From positions 1 through 64,000 of the forward strand of contig CBFDEM010000036.1 of the NCBI GenBank assembly GCA_965603825.1: 64,000 nt of DNA, given 5' to 3'. The position numbers were made by a program, and so were the translations under genes. Position 1 is the stretch's first letter; each line of letters begins with the position of its first letter. The stretch comes from Blepharisma stoltei ATCC 30299 (Eukaryota; Protista; Ciliophora). This document shows positions 51,465 to 63,414 of the stretch, piece after piece. The notes beneath the pieces were generated by a model. It did not search any database. It saw only the letters and a list, made by a program, of their open reading frames with translations, and was not told the DNA's origin.

Positions 51465-51967
51465 TTAGTCTTAAAATATTGGATATTTAAGAATGAATAA
51501 TTTCCAGAAATTAAGCAAATTATATATTTTTTATTTCAGGTTCGTATATTGTTAAAAATCTAAATAAACCAAATTTTTATTGAGCTCCAACAATCGTTCA
51601 CATTTTCTTATTTGATACAATATTAAACTTATATTTCTTTTTATTCTCTTCTGTTAGTAATCTATTTGTAAAACAAAAAATTGATGTATTCTCATGATTG
51701 AGGAATTATCACAATCATATTATCTCTTTTTAAGCCTTTTCCTATATGCCTATCCTGAAATCTGGCAGCTCAAATAATTATTTTCATGAGATCAAAAAAG
51801 GCTAATAATTAATAATTGCAAAGAGGCATAAAAAAACAGATGTTATCTAAGCTTAATTACAAGTTTCATGCTGTTTTTGTTCAAATTTTACGAAATTGAT
51901 TTTTTTTTAATATTTTTTAAAAAATTCCAAGTTCTCATATTTCATTTGCAGAGAAAAATTAAACAAA

Positions 51968-52600
51968 ATGAAAGAGCTGGCAATAACTTACCTGCCAAGG
52001 ACTTTTAAGCGTCTTAATCCGGAAAACTTTTAATTTTCAATTTCAGGAATATTAATCACCAATATTACAGAAAGCGCATATCTGAGTTTAAAATTACTAT
52101 ATCCTCCAGGATCTGGGTATTTTTTGGGAATGAGGATATGTTTAAGCATTCATTTTCAAAAGCAAAGAACATCCCATACATGGAATTTTGCTTCTGTCAG
52201 AAGATATGAATTTAATTGATTCATGAACATTTGCTGCAGCTTATTTGGGAAAAAAAAACTTATAAAGAAACTGGGGCAAACTGGAAAAAGGTTTATCAGT
52301 TCTCAAAAAATCAATGAAAGCAATGCATTAAAGGAAGTAGCCTTACTTAGATAAATTATTTTTAAAATCATATTATTTGTGCAGGAAATAATCATTAAAA
52401 CGATTATAGAGTAAATATATTCCTTATCTACTACATATTTAACTTATTCTTACATATTGAATTTGTAAGAAATAATAAAGAATAACTAAGAAAAAATATA
52501 TCAAGTATTTCATATAACTCCCAAAATAATCCAGAAGATATTAAAAGAAGAATATTAAGATTTCCAGAATTTGAAGAAATGTATAATTGTTGCAAATTTT
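51968..52600 (+). pseudogene. Heavily decayed cyclin-like copy of the 43260/47377 type
   Basis: FFGNEDMFKHSFSKAKNIPY vs FFGSEQKYEYSFSIAKDIPY; W(TGA)TFAAAYL vs WILAAAYL; NWKK; SQKINESNAL vs SQKISERNEL. Confidence 0.75.
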
Positions 52601-54504
52601 ATAAATGAACCTCACTTTAACGATGTGCACAAAGATTTCTTAGGGAATATTGGTACTTTTCGTTATTTGGGAATAATAGATTAAAATGTTCAAAGTGTCG
52701 CTCTATTTATACAGACTTTAAATCTCTTTTAAAACATTTTCAGATTAAGCACTCTTTGATTAAATGCCCTTTTTACAATACAACATTTTATGGTACAGAG
52801 TCTTATGAACTTGATTTATATGTTTGCACTTAGATGAATGAGGCAGTTTCTGTACTCAAGTTTCTAAAACATACCAGCCTTGCTCTCATAACTATAGCTT
52901 TTAGTTATAAAGAGTTTAGGTTGTCTTTTCGTCAGCAGCATGCTCCTCAGTGATGGCAGATGTGAGGGTCAAGACCATTTACTTGCTTTGCTGACTGCCT
53001 CCATTTGCAACCCAAGATGTCATCCAAGTTTACACCAACCCTACACCCTTCAAACGACAGATCTTCCAAAGTCATTTTCGCAGTCAACTTGCCTTCCTAT
53101 TTTGGCTCATCTGAGAAAGAATTCAACACTTTTGCCATTCAAAGCAAGCCACAGTAGCAGCGTAGGTAAGCATGCTGCCCTCTCATATCAGGCATCCATT
53201 TGGCCTGTTACTATTAAAAAGAGATTCATTAAGCTTCCAATGGAGTCAGGACCAAAATAGCTGCTTCGGTCTCACATTCTCGAATCAAAGCTACTTACTA
53301 TAGTCGGCATTAAGCACAGCTCAAAGCCATACCCTGAATATCTAAGGCTTCTATCACGGAGGGAGTCGACTGCTCGACTCTCGCTATTTTATATCTCAAT
53401 TTGTTATAAGCCCATATTAAATATTTTCGAAATCCATCTGTATGCAGATACCTATTAATCTATAGCAATAAAATAGGATAAATGGACACGATTATGATGT
53501 CTGCCATATTTTACCTAAAGAATTAATTAACTCAGTTTCCAAATGTTGAGGGGAGATAGAATATAATAAAACAAGTTAAAAACAAAACTCTCATCATCAT
53601 TATCTATGCAATAGTTGCCAAATGCTAAAGCCTTGTGGCTTCTTTATAACAAATCCGTTATTTTCAGTTGTTTCACCTTATGCTCTTGGATATTTTTTAC
53701 TTTTACTTTTTCTTTGAGTCTTTATGATCTTTATTTAAATAATTCCTTGTAGCACAGCTTAATCACTGCATTTTTCTGCATACCGTCTAGTCTCTTCCAT
53801 TCTCCCATATCCTCTTCACGCAAATTTGATATTTATTTCTATATAAAAACCACTTTCAACAAACCTATTTTTTGAATATATGCCTAGTTTTTTTAGCTGC
53901 TCTTGCAATTTTATCTTAAGTGAATTATATCTTAAGCATCTTGAAAATATATGCTCCTGAGTCTCTAGAATGCACATATGAAGCATAGGCTGACCTATAT
54001 TATATGCCTCATTTGTGTATTTGTGTTACAATAGTTAAATTTAGCTCTAAGGCTCTGTATTGCACTAATTGATTTACCAGGATATGAATTTTACCCTAAT
54101 GAATGTAGGCTTCGCTGTAAATAAAAAGTTATTTAAATTTCCTTCACTGGAATCCGATAGCTAGTAGGATAAAAATTAGAAATTAATAATGACTATATGA
54201 AGCTGATAACGATATTAACAAATAAAAAAATATCAAATATTTATATATATTAAATATCAAATAATAATAAATGATACAGGGCTTCTGACTGTTACAAATT
54301 TGTTAAAATTTTCAATAAAGCTTATAATAAAAAAATAAATTAATAATTATCAAATTTATAATTAAATAGCATTTTTGTTGATGTAGCAGTCATTTTAAGC
54401 ACAAAACCCTGCTTCGTTCAATTCTATTAAATAAAATCTTTCCAAATGCAGTCATTGATTTTTAATTTCATTTGCTAATATTCATCAGTAGTAAAATAAT
54501 CAAG

Positions 54505-55256
54505 ATGACCTCAAAAGAATCTGTCTCACCTTTGACTTCTTTCCAATTGCCAAGTCCAAGAAATCCTGATATCATAGGCCTGACCTGCTCTGTTGCTAGA
54601 ATTATATATCTGGATATCGAAGACTTCAGCCAGCGATTGTGTGATAACAATTGAATCGCAAACCCTCAAAAGATTCCTGAAAGCGAATACTTTTCATATC
54701 AATACGGCTCTCAAAACCGCAATACTTTTTTAAAAGCTGCAAGGGCTGTGAGTATCCAAGAAATCTCAGAATTTCTTATATCCTTGAATAAAGAATTTAA
54801 ATTTAGTGCAGAATGTATAATATTGACAATAGTGTACATTAGAAAATTCTTGCAAAACTCAAAAATCCCTCTTATGAGCAGCAACTGAAAAAATATAGTG
54901 TCTATCTCTACACTAATAGCACAAGAGTTTCAGATAATGCCTTTGTGTCTGCCTCAGATTATAAGAATATTCCAGATTTCTGCTTAAACGATATTCAGCT
55001 AATGGAGATCGAGTACCTGAACATCATAAATTACAACTATAAAATAGAAGCGATGGAGTATTTAAGCCAAATGAATTACCTCCAGGACATTGGAAAATCA
55101 ATGGGAATTTATTCATGGCACTTGAATTGCGAAAAATTGGAAAACATCATAAAGAGATCTGGGTGGCTTTGTGAAGAAGAAGTTGATAATGATTGCGGGA
55201 TTTATCACTCTGAAGCGATGACCTCAATTGATATGGACGAAATTGATAATAATTAG
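54505..55256 (+). pseudogene. Cyclin-Y-like paralog of 50718 with a single 1-nt frameshift at ~54923
   Basis: Colinear with the 50718 gene; GCACAAGAGTT here vs GCACAAAGAGTC in the paralog. Otherwise intact, so it may be an assembly error. Confidence 0.75.
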
Positions 55257-56140
55257 CATAAAAATATATTTTATTAATTCTAAGCCTTTGGATAAAGAGA
55301 AACTGTGCATATGGTCGGGTTATAATTAGCTATTGTTGAGTTGCAGCATCTATTTCAAAATTAATTTATGGAAAAGAAACTTAAAATTATCAATACAAGC
55401 CAAAATTCTCATAAAATTGGCATAGTTTCTTTATTTAAGATCTATAGTGAGGTAATTATTTGAAAAATGGTTCATTTTCTGCTTTTAATTTAATAGGATT
55501 GAAATTTAAATAACTTTTAGTAATAATATTCAATTAAATTAATTTAAATCTTTTTGTTATTAAAGCTATTTGTTGAACTAGTAATAGATCAGAAAAAATA
55601 AGAAATGCAGCAAATATTATTAGTGAGCCAAAATTTTTCAAATTGCATGCATGCTTACCACTAAAGAGCCAATTGCATGAGATTAATATAAATATAATTG
55701 ATTTAATTAAGTAGCTAAGTTACTTCTAAACAATGATTTTTATAAAATTAACCATTTTATATAAATTTCCCTGAAATCTCACAATTCTTTTAACCATTTT
55801 TATGAAATTTTGCTAGGACAAAGAATTAAGATATTTTTAGTTCTTCTAAAATCAAGCAAAAGAAACATTTAAAATTCAAAAAAAAGCAATTAAATTGCTA
55901 ATAAAAGTTTCTATTCCAAAATATTTTATTAATTCTTAAAACTAGAGAAAAAGCTTTGAATTTTAAGTTTTTTAAATTTCTTCCCCTTAGACGAAGCCTT
56001 CCTTTATCATTTACATCATTTTAGTTCGGAGAAAAAATTCAGCATTCATATTAATGCAACGATAATGAAATGGTTGAAGAAAATGGCATCAATTTAATTA
56101 AAGATAATAAAAATAACTTTGAATAATGGTATAAAAATAT

Positions 56141-57319
56141 ATGTCCATAGTCACTGATTCAATTATCGTCGCTATTGACGGTGCCCTTATTGTTATCGCT
56201 GAGGCCTCTGCAGGGATCTTTATAACACGCAAAGGGGTATAAATCATTCAGTGACTTTCAAAATCCGGCACAGAGACAATGTCCAAGGTGACCCTATGGG
56301 TCATTTTGCCATGCTTACTGTTCTGTGAAATGATAAATGAGTTCAGCATCAGCCAAATGGGCGAATTTGGCTTGCTCTTTGTATTTTGTTCACGTAAGAG
56401 CTATTTAGTTCACATCTTTGTAGGCTATGGAGTGGGGTGGCTTTTTGGGAAACTCACTCATGCAGACACAGAATTGGCCAAACTCATGAAGGCTTGTATC
56501 GCTTTTCAAGACACGACTGCCATTCCTCTTGTTTACGCATCAGTGCTGGGGAACAATTCAATCACCAAGCCAGACCATCATTTTAAAAATAAGGCAACTG
56601 AAATAGTGCTTATTTATACAGTGTTTATTACTGTTTATAAGTGGACTTTTGCTTATGGGTAAGGATTACACAGGATGATGAAGCCAGAAATTACTCCAAA
56701 AAATACCAATGAAATTGAGCTACTAGAAAGCGCTAGCAGCAATGGGACAAGTAAAGTAAACGAAAATTCATGGCTTTGGAAAGTCAAAAAGACCTTAAAC
56801 CCTCCAATTTATGCAACTTTGGTGTCAGTTCCCTTGGCCTTGATCCCATACATGAAGGAATATGTTTTTGCAGGGTCTGGAGCTGTGTTTAAGAACAACT
56901 TATTCGCAGCCATGACCAGCATCGGAGCCTGTGCTTCACCAATTATAAATCTTATGCTTGGGTCAAACTTAAGCCAGGGATACCCTCCAGAAGCAGATAT
57001 TAGCTGGTAATTTTTATATAGGACGTGCTTAAACTTGGTTATGATCGGAAAAATGGTCGTCATGCCTATTTTTGGGGCTGCAATGCTTTTTCCTTTATAT
57101 TGGGCTGGAATAATTGTAAAAATTACATAGAACCGTGTTATGGTGATTATGGTTGGGGTCACTTTTGCGTCTCCAACGTCACTGCAGCTGCTTATGATTT
57201 GTGTGATTCATAAAAATCAAGTAGATAATATTTCGAAGGTGTATCTATTTATGTATTTGATTTGTGCAATTCCGATGAGTGTTTGGACTATTGTGCTTCT
57301 GGTTTTAGCTTATCAATAA
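56141..57319 (+). CDS. Auxin-efflux-carrier (Mem_trans, PILS-like) family transporter, 6 exons
   Basis: After removing five 15-nt introns: MSIVTDS...W(TGA)LSKSGTETMSKVTLWVILPCLLF...TAIPLVY...TLNPPIYA...LMLGSNL...GKMVVMPI...FASPTSLQL...LAYQ stop. 5+5 TM layout with central loop. Confidence 0.88.
56237..56251 (+). other. 15-nt intron GTATAAATCATTCAG
   Basis: GT-AG, A at -6, removes an in-frame TAA. Confidence 0.93.
56394..56408 (+). other. 15-nt intron GTAAGAGCTATTTAG (no in-frame stop)
   Basis: GT-AG, A at -6; removes charged RKSYL from the middle of a TM helix. Confidence 0.85.
56659..56673 (+). other. 15-nt intron GTAAGGATTACACAG
   Basis: GT-AG, A at -6, removes an in-frame TAA. Confidence 0.93.
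57007..57021 (+). other. 15-nt intron GTAATTTTTATATAG
   Basis: GT-AG, A at -6, removes an in-frame TAA. Confidence 0.93.
57116..57130 (+). other. 15-nt intron GTAAAAATTACATAG
   Basis: GT-AG, A at -6, removes an in-frame TAG. Confidence 0.93.
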
Positions 57320-57610
57320 TCCTTAATAATTTCTCATTGAGTTTAATTGATATAAGGACTTATAAATATGATTTTTTTGAAATTTTAAAATAAACAATAT
57401 AGTAAAAACATATTTTGTGATATTTATTATTAATTTCGTTTAATATACAAATCCTGTTTATTAATATTCTTTTAATTAAATTTCTAAAAATTTAGTTTCT
57501 ACTTACCTTAAGTGAAATTTCTTCTTCCTAGTCCTAAGAAGAAAATGATTTAAATACAAAAATAGTAGTTATAAATAAAAAGTTTTTTTTTTAAAAAATG
57601 AAAAAGAACC

Positions 57611-58616
57611 TTTAAGTAGCATTTTACATAAATTCAGAGAAACATCCCAACAGCCAGTATATGTCGTTCACAATGACTTGCCTGACAACAACTGAATGAA
57701 AGCCTTTAGAACTATTGTGGACTCTAACGAATCGTATAGAAAAGTCCCAAATACGTTCTTTTCAGCAATTGGATTGTCTTTTTACGAACAAATTCTTCCA
57801 GAAGAGACAGTTCATGTTGGGTTTTCGTCATCAGCAATCCACTGGCTATCAGAGCCATTAAGCGCTCCAGATCATATTATTCCTTCAGCTTTTGAGGACT
57901 CTGAATTCCTTGCCTTAGCTTCAATCTCTCCTCATAAAAAAGCATAAATTTTTTCCGATTGATCAGAGTATAATATATTTTTTTTAATTTTTTGTTCTTG
58001 CTATAAATTTACAAGATTTTTATTTGAAACAAACTAATACAATAAAATTATTTCTATAAAATAATTTTTGCCATCAACATGAATTTTTTTCTTAAATGGG
58101 AATATGGAGTGAGCAAGCTCACAAAGACTTGGTCTCCATATTAAAGCTAAGATATAAAGAACTCGCCCCTTTAGGTCGGCTAATACTTCAATTTGCTGAT
58201 AGAACTCACGAAAGCTTGATCAGTAACATTTGGCAAGAAGCCAGTGAAAACATGTTTTCTAAAGGAATTATCAATGAAGAGGAAAAAAGGGATTTAACAA
58301 TTCCTATGTATAGGAGAAGCGCTGAAGAAATACAGAGAGCTTTAGACGAGATGCATGATTATTTTAGGGTGTTAGAATCAAAAAGTGTGGACATGCCAAG
58401 GTCTCCAGGCAGAGCTTCAAGACAATATATTGAGCATATAAAAAAATTTGCGGCGGTTAGCATGAAAACTCCTCTTGAAAGAGCAATTAAGACAGGTCAA
58501 GCAGAAGTTGACAGGTTTTTGGGTTTGCAGAAAAAGAAATTGAAGATATTGTAGACAGGACTGATTTTGAAAATAGCACTTCCAGCTAGTATTCAATAGT
58601 CCTCGAAAAAATTTAA
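57611..58616 (+). pseudogene. 5'-truncated SABATH methyltransferase duplicate with a 187-bp insertion
   Basis: Near-identical to 59541-60360; lacks the first ~180 nt including motif I; has the insertion 57923-58109, a 1-nt loss at ~58516 and a TAT>TAG change at ~58587. Confidence 0.93.
57923..58109. mobile_element. 187-bp very AT-rich insertion (IES-like or other)
   Basis: Absent from the paralog, where GCCTTAGCTTC|TGAGCAAGC is contiguous at 59842-59861. Confidence 0.6.
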
Positions 58617-59361
58617 AATAATGACTAAATTACCGTTCTAACTTGAAAATGAGATAATAAATTGCAAAAATTGTTGAAATTAATTTTTTTATTAATATTT
58701 TAATTTCTTGACTAATTTTTCAATCCTATACACAAATTAATCCCAGTCTTCATTTTTTGGTTGAAATTGTATTAAATAATCGTAAGATGGCTTATGGGAA
58801 CTATTATAGGCTAAGAAGCCTTATTCCTGCTTGTAGATCTGGCTTAGGGTATAAAATCCTAAAAAAATTTATTCCCAAAGGACATGATAATAATAAAATT
58901 AAAAAAGTTTAAAAGCTGCCTATTCAAGCAGAATAAGCCTAAAACAAAATCAAAAGTGTTAGCTTAGGCTTTAATAAATATTATGGATAGAAATCAATAA
59001 AAAATTAAATTGAAGGTATTTTTACTATCTGGCTAAAAAGCGCTCGAAAGATAGTTGCTTTGATAATTGATTGAAAAATTATCAAAGAATCAGATTATTT
59101 GCACAGTATTCTAGGTTTGTGGAAATTTTTAATTTTTATTAATTTATTGAACTTAGTGCTGGCCGTTTTTCTAAAAGAGCTATTTATATACTTGCTAGCA
59201 TATGTTGGCTTCAAATATAATAATTTTAATATTTAATATTGGATTAAAACTTAATTTGTCAGTTCTTTACTACCTTGTGGAAGCAATTAGGTATTATAAG
59301 TCTTCCATCTTCTTTCGGACATGGATTTCCTTTTGTGGTTTTTTTTCAGCTATAATAAATA

Positions 59362-60360
59362 ATGGCAGCTGGTGGATTTGCTTTTCAAAACTACAACGAA
59401 TCATCATCCTATCAAAGAAGAATTCTACTGAAGGCAACTGATGCCCTTTATGACAGCTTGAACTACGTAAAAGAATCTGAAAATGGCACTATTGTTATAG
59501 CGGATTATGGCTCATCTGAAGTTTACAATTCTATGGTGTTTTTAAGTAGCATTTTACATAAATTCAGAGAAACATCCCAACAGCCAGTATATGTCGTCCA
59601 CAATGATTTGCCTGACAACAACTGAATGAAAGCCTTTAGAACTATTGTGGACTCTAACGAATCGTATAGAAAAGTCCCAAATACGTTCTTTTCAGCAATT
59701 GGATTGTCTTTTTACGAACAAATTCTTCCAGAAGAGACAGTTCATGTTGGGTTTTCGTCATCAGCAATCCACTGGCTATCAGAGCCATTAAGCGCTCCAG
59801 ATCATATTATTCCTTCAGCTTCTGAGGACTCTGAATTCCTTGCCTTAGCTTCTGAGCAAGCCCACAAAGACTTGGTCTCCATCTTAAAGCTAAGATATAA
59901 AGAGCTCGTCCCTTCAGGTCGGCTACTACTACAATTTGCTGATAGAACCCGCGAAAGCATAATTAGCAACATTTGGCAAGAAGCCAGTGAAAACCTTTTT
60001 TCTAAAGGAATTATCAATGAAGAAGAAAAAAGGGATTTAACAATTCCTATGTACAGACGAAGCCCCGAAGAAATATAGAGAGCTTTAGACGAAGTCCACG
60101 GTTATTATAGAGTGCTTGAATCAAAAAGTGTGGATATGCCAAGGACTCCAGGCAGAGCTTCAAGACAATATATTGAACATATAAAAAAATTTGCGGCGGT
60201 TAGCATGAAAACTCCTCTTGCAAGGGCAATTAAGACAGATCAAGCAGAAGTTGACAGGATTTTTGGTTTTGCAGAAAAAGAAATTGAAGATATTGTAGAC
60301 AGGACTGATTTTGAAAATAGCACTTCCAGCTATTATTCAATAAATCTCGAAAAACTTTAA
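59362..60360 (+). pseudogene. SABATH (Methyltransf_7) carboxyl methyltransferase with one in-frame TAG at 60076
   Basis: NYNESSSYQ, IADYGSSE..NS, HNDLPDNNW(TGA), SFYEQILP, SSSAIHWLS, ELVPSGRL, IPMYRRS; full length except for a TAG where the duplicate has CAG. Confidence 0.85.
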
Positions 60361-61022
60361 TATAACATAATATGAATTCTTTTCATTTTACAGAGTTTTT
60401 TAAATTGAATTAATTTTCTTTTCTTTTTACTAGTAGACTGATCGGTTAACAGTTATGATAAATGTAACGGCATATCAATGGCACCTTTTGGTTCTCCACT
60501 TAATTTTATTGTCCCTGAAATCCTATTCAAAATCCCATTATATTAATAAATTTCATAGAGTTATTATAGGGACCACTTTAGATGCTTATTTAAGTTGCAA
60601 GTTAATGGATTCACCTTTAAAATCTTTTATTAGCTAACAATTATCCATCTTCTGATTGATTCCAATAAAAATCAGCATCACCAAATCTAAAATAATCTCC
60701 CTGATTTTTACCTTTCTGCTATTATTAGTAGTAGTACTATTCAAAGAATCCTCAAGGCTTGAATGGCCTAGGGCAGTTGTTTCAGCATCAAAAATTGCCC
60801 AAACCAACTTGACAAGTTAAATTCCAAGTATGATGAGCATACTTTCTAGCCCATTGAGTTTGATTTGGCAATGTTTAACTAGAAACGACTTCACGAGCTT
60901 CAAATGCTAGCCAATTCTACCAATAAGCTGTCCTGGAATATACCATTTCTGCCTTTCTTCTAAAAAATCCTAAAATTCCATGAATAATTTTATTATTTTC
61001 GCTTACGTGTTTACTTCTCATA

Positions 61023-62189
61023 ATGTGAACATTTTTACTATTAATTCCCTGAATCTTTTCCCTCCGGATAGATGAGTCTAAAACACTGTCAAAAATTGCT
61101 TTTGGCTCTTGCCACCACCATAAAAGACCTCCTAACCCTAAGATCTTCTATTCTATCACAAATTGATCCCCAGACCTTTACATTTGACTTGGAGATTCTG
61201 TGTATGCGGACATTCCCTATTTTTATATTGCCACGTATCCTAGAAATTTAAGCTCATGAAAACAGCTTTATGATAATTTAAAAGAAAATCCTGGGTACAA
61301 GGAGCTGAGAAATACCACAATGGTCACTGGGGTATGAGATGATCATGACTATGGGATCAATGATGGGGACAAAAATTTTATATTAAAAAAAGAAGCTAAA
61401 ACACTGTATTTGGAATTTTTGGAGGAAGAAAATAGTAAAAGGCTTGGACATGAAGGGATTTATGATAGCTATACATTTGGAAAAAAAGGAAAATCAATTA
61501 AAATAATTTTAATTGATATAAGGTCGTTTCGAGACAATAAATGAGATTCAGAAGGAGACTCACTAGGAGAAGACCAATGAAAATGGCTTGAAAAAGAACT
61601 GAATAACCCTGGAGACATCACAATCCTAGCAAACGGGCTCCAAATAAACGCCCAAGAACGATGAATAAAGACTGAAAGATGACATAGAAAATCCTACCAA
61701 AAACTTCTCTATTTATTAAATAAAACCCCTGGAGTAATTTTACTGTCTGGAGACGTCCATATGGGAGAAATTCTTAAAAACACATGTGAGAATTTCCCTA
61801 TTTATGAAATTACGTCAAGTGGCATGACCCATACAGCTTTTACTACGTTTGGGCCTTTGGTATGGATTCCTGCTTATGGGATCATGAGTTTTACTTATAA
61901 TACTGGGCCGAGGATACTGAAATTTAATTTTGGGACAATTGAGGTAGACTGAAATACAGGTGATATTGAAATGGCTATAAGGGATTCTGAGGGGAAATAT
62001 TTGTTTTTGGAAAAGACAAGTATAGGCGAACTGTATAGTAAGCCGAAGAAGAGCTATTTGTGTGAGAAAAGCGAGGCATACAGAAGCAGTGCGCATATTT
62101 TGGCAATGCTTTTGGTGTATTTATTTCCTATTGCTGAGATCTGTATAGCGATTTTGATATTTTTGAGAAAATATTCTAGGTCTTATTAA
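61023..62189 (+). CDS. phoD: PhoD-family alkaline phosphatase with signal peptide and C-terminal TM, 388 aa
   Basis: KIAFGSC, W(TGA)LGDSVYAD, W(TGA)DDHDYG, IDIRSFR, LGEDQW(TGA)KWLE, LSGDVH, EITSSG. N-terminal half missed by the ORF track because of 11 TGA codons. Confidence 0.95.
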
Positions 62190-62218
62190 AAATAATTATG
62201 AATTTTCTTAAAATAATA

Positions 62219-63232
62219 ATGGAAACAGGAGGTTTTGCCCTTCAGAACTACAATGTTTCCTCATCCCACCAAAGAAAAATTCTTATGGCTGCTAAAGATG
62301 CTTTTACTGAAATTCTTAATCATACAAAAACAATTACAAATGGAAAAATTGTAATTGCAGACTATGGGTGCTCAGAAGGCAAAAACTCAATGGAATTCCT
62401 ATTTTTCACTCTCAAAAAATTCAGAGAAAATTCATCACAGTCAGTATTTATTATCCATAATGATTTACCTGAAAACGACTGAGTGAAAGCCTATAAAACC
62501 CTATTAGAATCTCAAGAATCCTATATAAAAATCCCTGATGTTTATTTTTCAGCTATAGGAAGGTCCTTTTATTCACAGATTTTGCCTAATAATTCCTTGC
62601 ATATTGGGTTTTCTTCAGCATCAATCCATTGGCTGTCCCAGCCTTTGTGTGCTCCAGATCATGCTTTCCCATCATCTTCAGACGATTTAGGATTCCTTGA
62701 AACTGCTTCTAATATAGCTCATAATGATTTAGTCACTTTTTTAAGACATAGGCACCAAGAGTTAGTAGACTCAGGCAGACTTCTATTGCAATTCGGCGAT
62801 CGCAATGCTAAAGATACCGTCCTCACTATGATTTTACAAGCAGCTTGTGAAAACCTATATAATAAAGGAATAATCACAGACGAAGAAAAAAGAAAAATAA
62901 CGATACCGATGTATAGGAGAAGTAATGAAGAAATTATAAGAGCTTTAGATGAAGTTAGTGGATTATTTAGAGTAGTTTCAATAGATAGAATAAGGACTGA
63001 ATGAAATACTAGTGATAGTGAAGAGGAATGAAAAGAAAGTGTAAATCAGGTGAAAAAATTTATTGGGAATCTGATGAGAATTCCTATGTCTAAAGCTATC
63101 AATAGGTCTGGAGAAAATTTTGAAGCCATTTTTCTAGAGTTTTCTAAAGAAGTGGACAGCCTGGCTGAGTCTGCTTGTGCCGAATATTGCATAGCAACTT
63201 ATCATTCAATAGTATTAGAAAAAATAAAATAA
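62219..63232 (+). CDS. SABATH (Methyltransf_7) carboxyl methyltransferase, intact, 337 aa
   Basis: IADYGCSEGKNS, HNDLPENDW(TGA), GRSFYSQILP, SSASIHWLS; open to TAA 63232. Confidence 0.92.
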
Positions 63233-63414
63233 ATCCTTAATTTTGATAATATGAAAATTTATTATATTTCACAGGAAAACCCATCAATTTCTTAAATATT
63301 TTTTCTCCACAGTCACAATTATTCTCCTTTCTCCCAATTAAAAATTAATCATAGTTTAATTAATGACGTCTCCACAAAAATTCTTTATTAATCATTTAAA
63401 TTAATAATAAAATA

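Noticed and set aside
57605-57620. TTAA at the 5' truncation point of the methyltransferase duplicate as a PiggyBac-type scar
   Set aside because: TTAA is very frequent here and there is no second boundary to test
60460-60980. Mostly open minus-strand frame upstream of phoD
   Set aside because: Interrupted by several TAA/TAG and no family recognised
12818-62096. Many short antisense or off-frame track ORFs (e.g. 12818, 16280, 17597, 18842, 24157, 29133, 31276, 33905, 34832, 37339, 42076, 44780, 46743, 56809, 59802, 61815)
   Set aside because: Shadows of well-supported genes with no independent motifs
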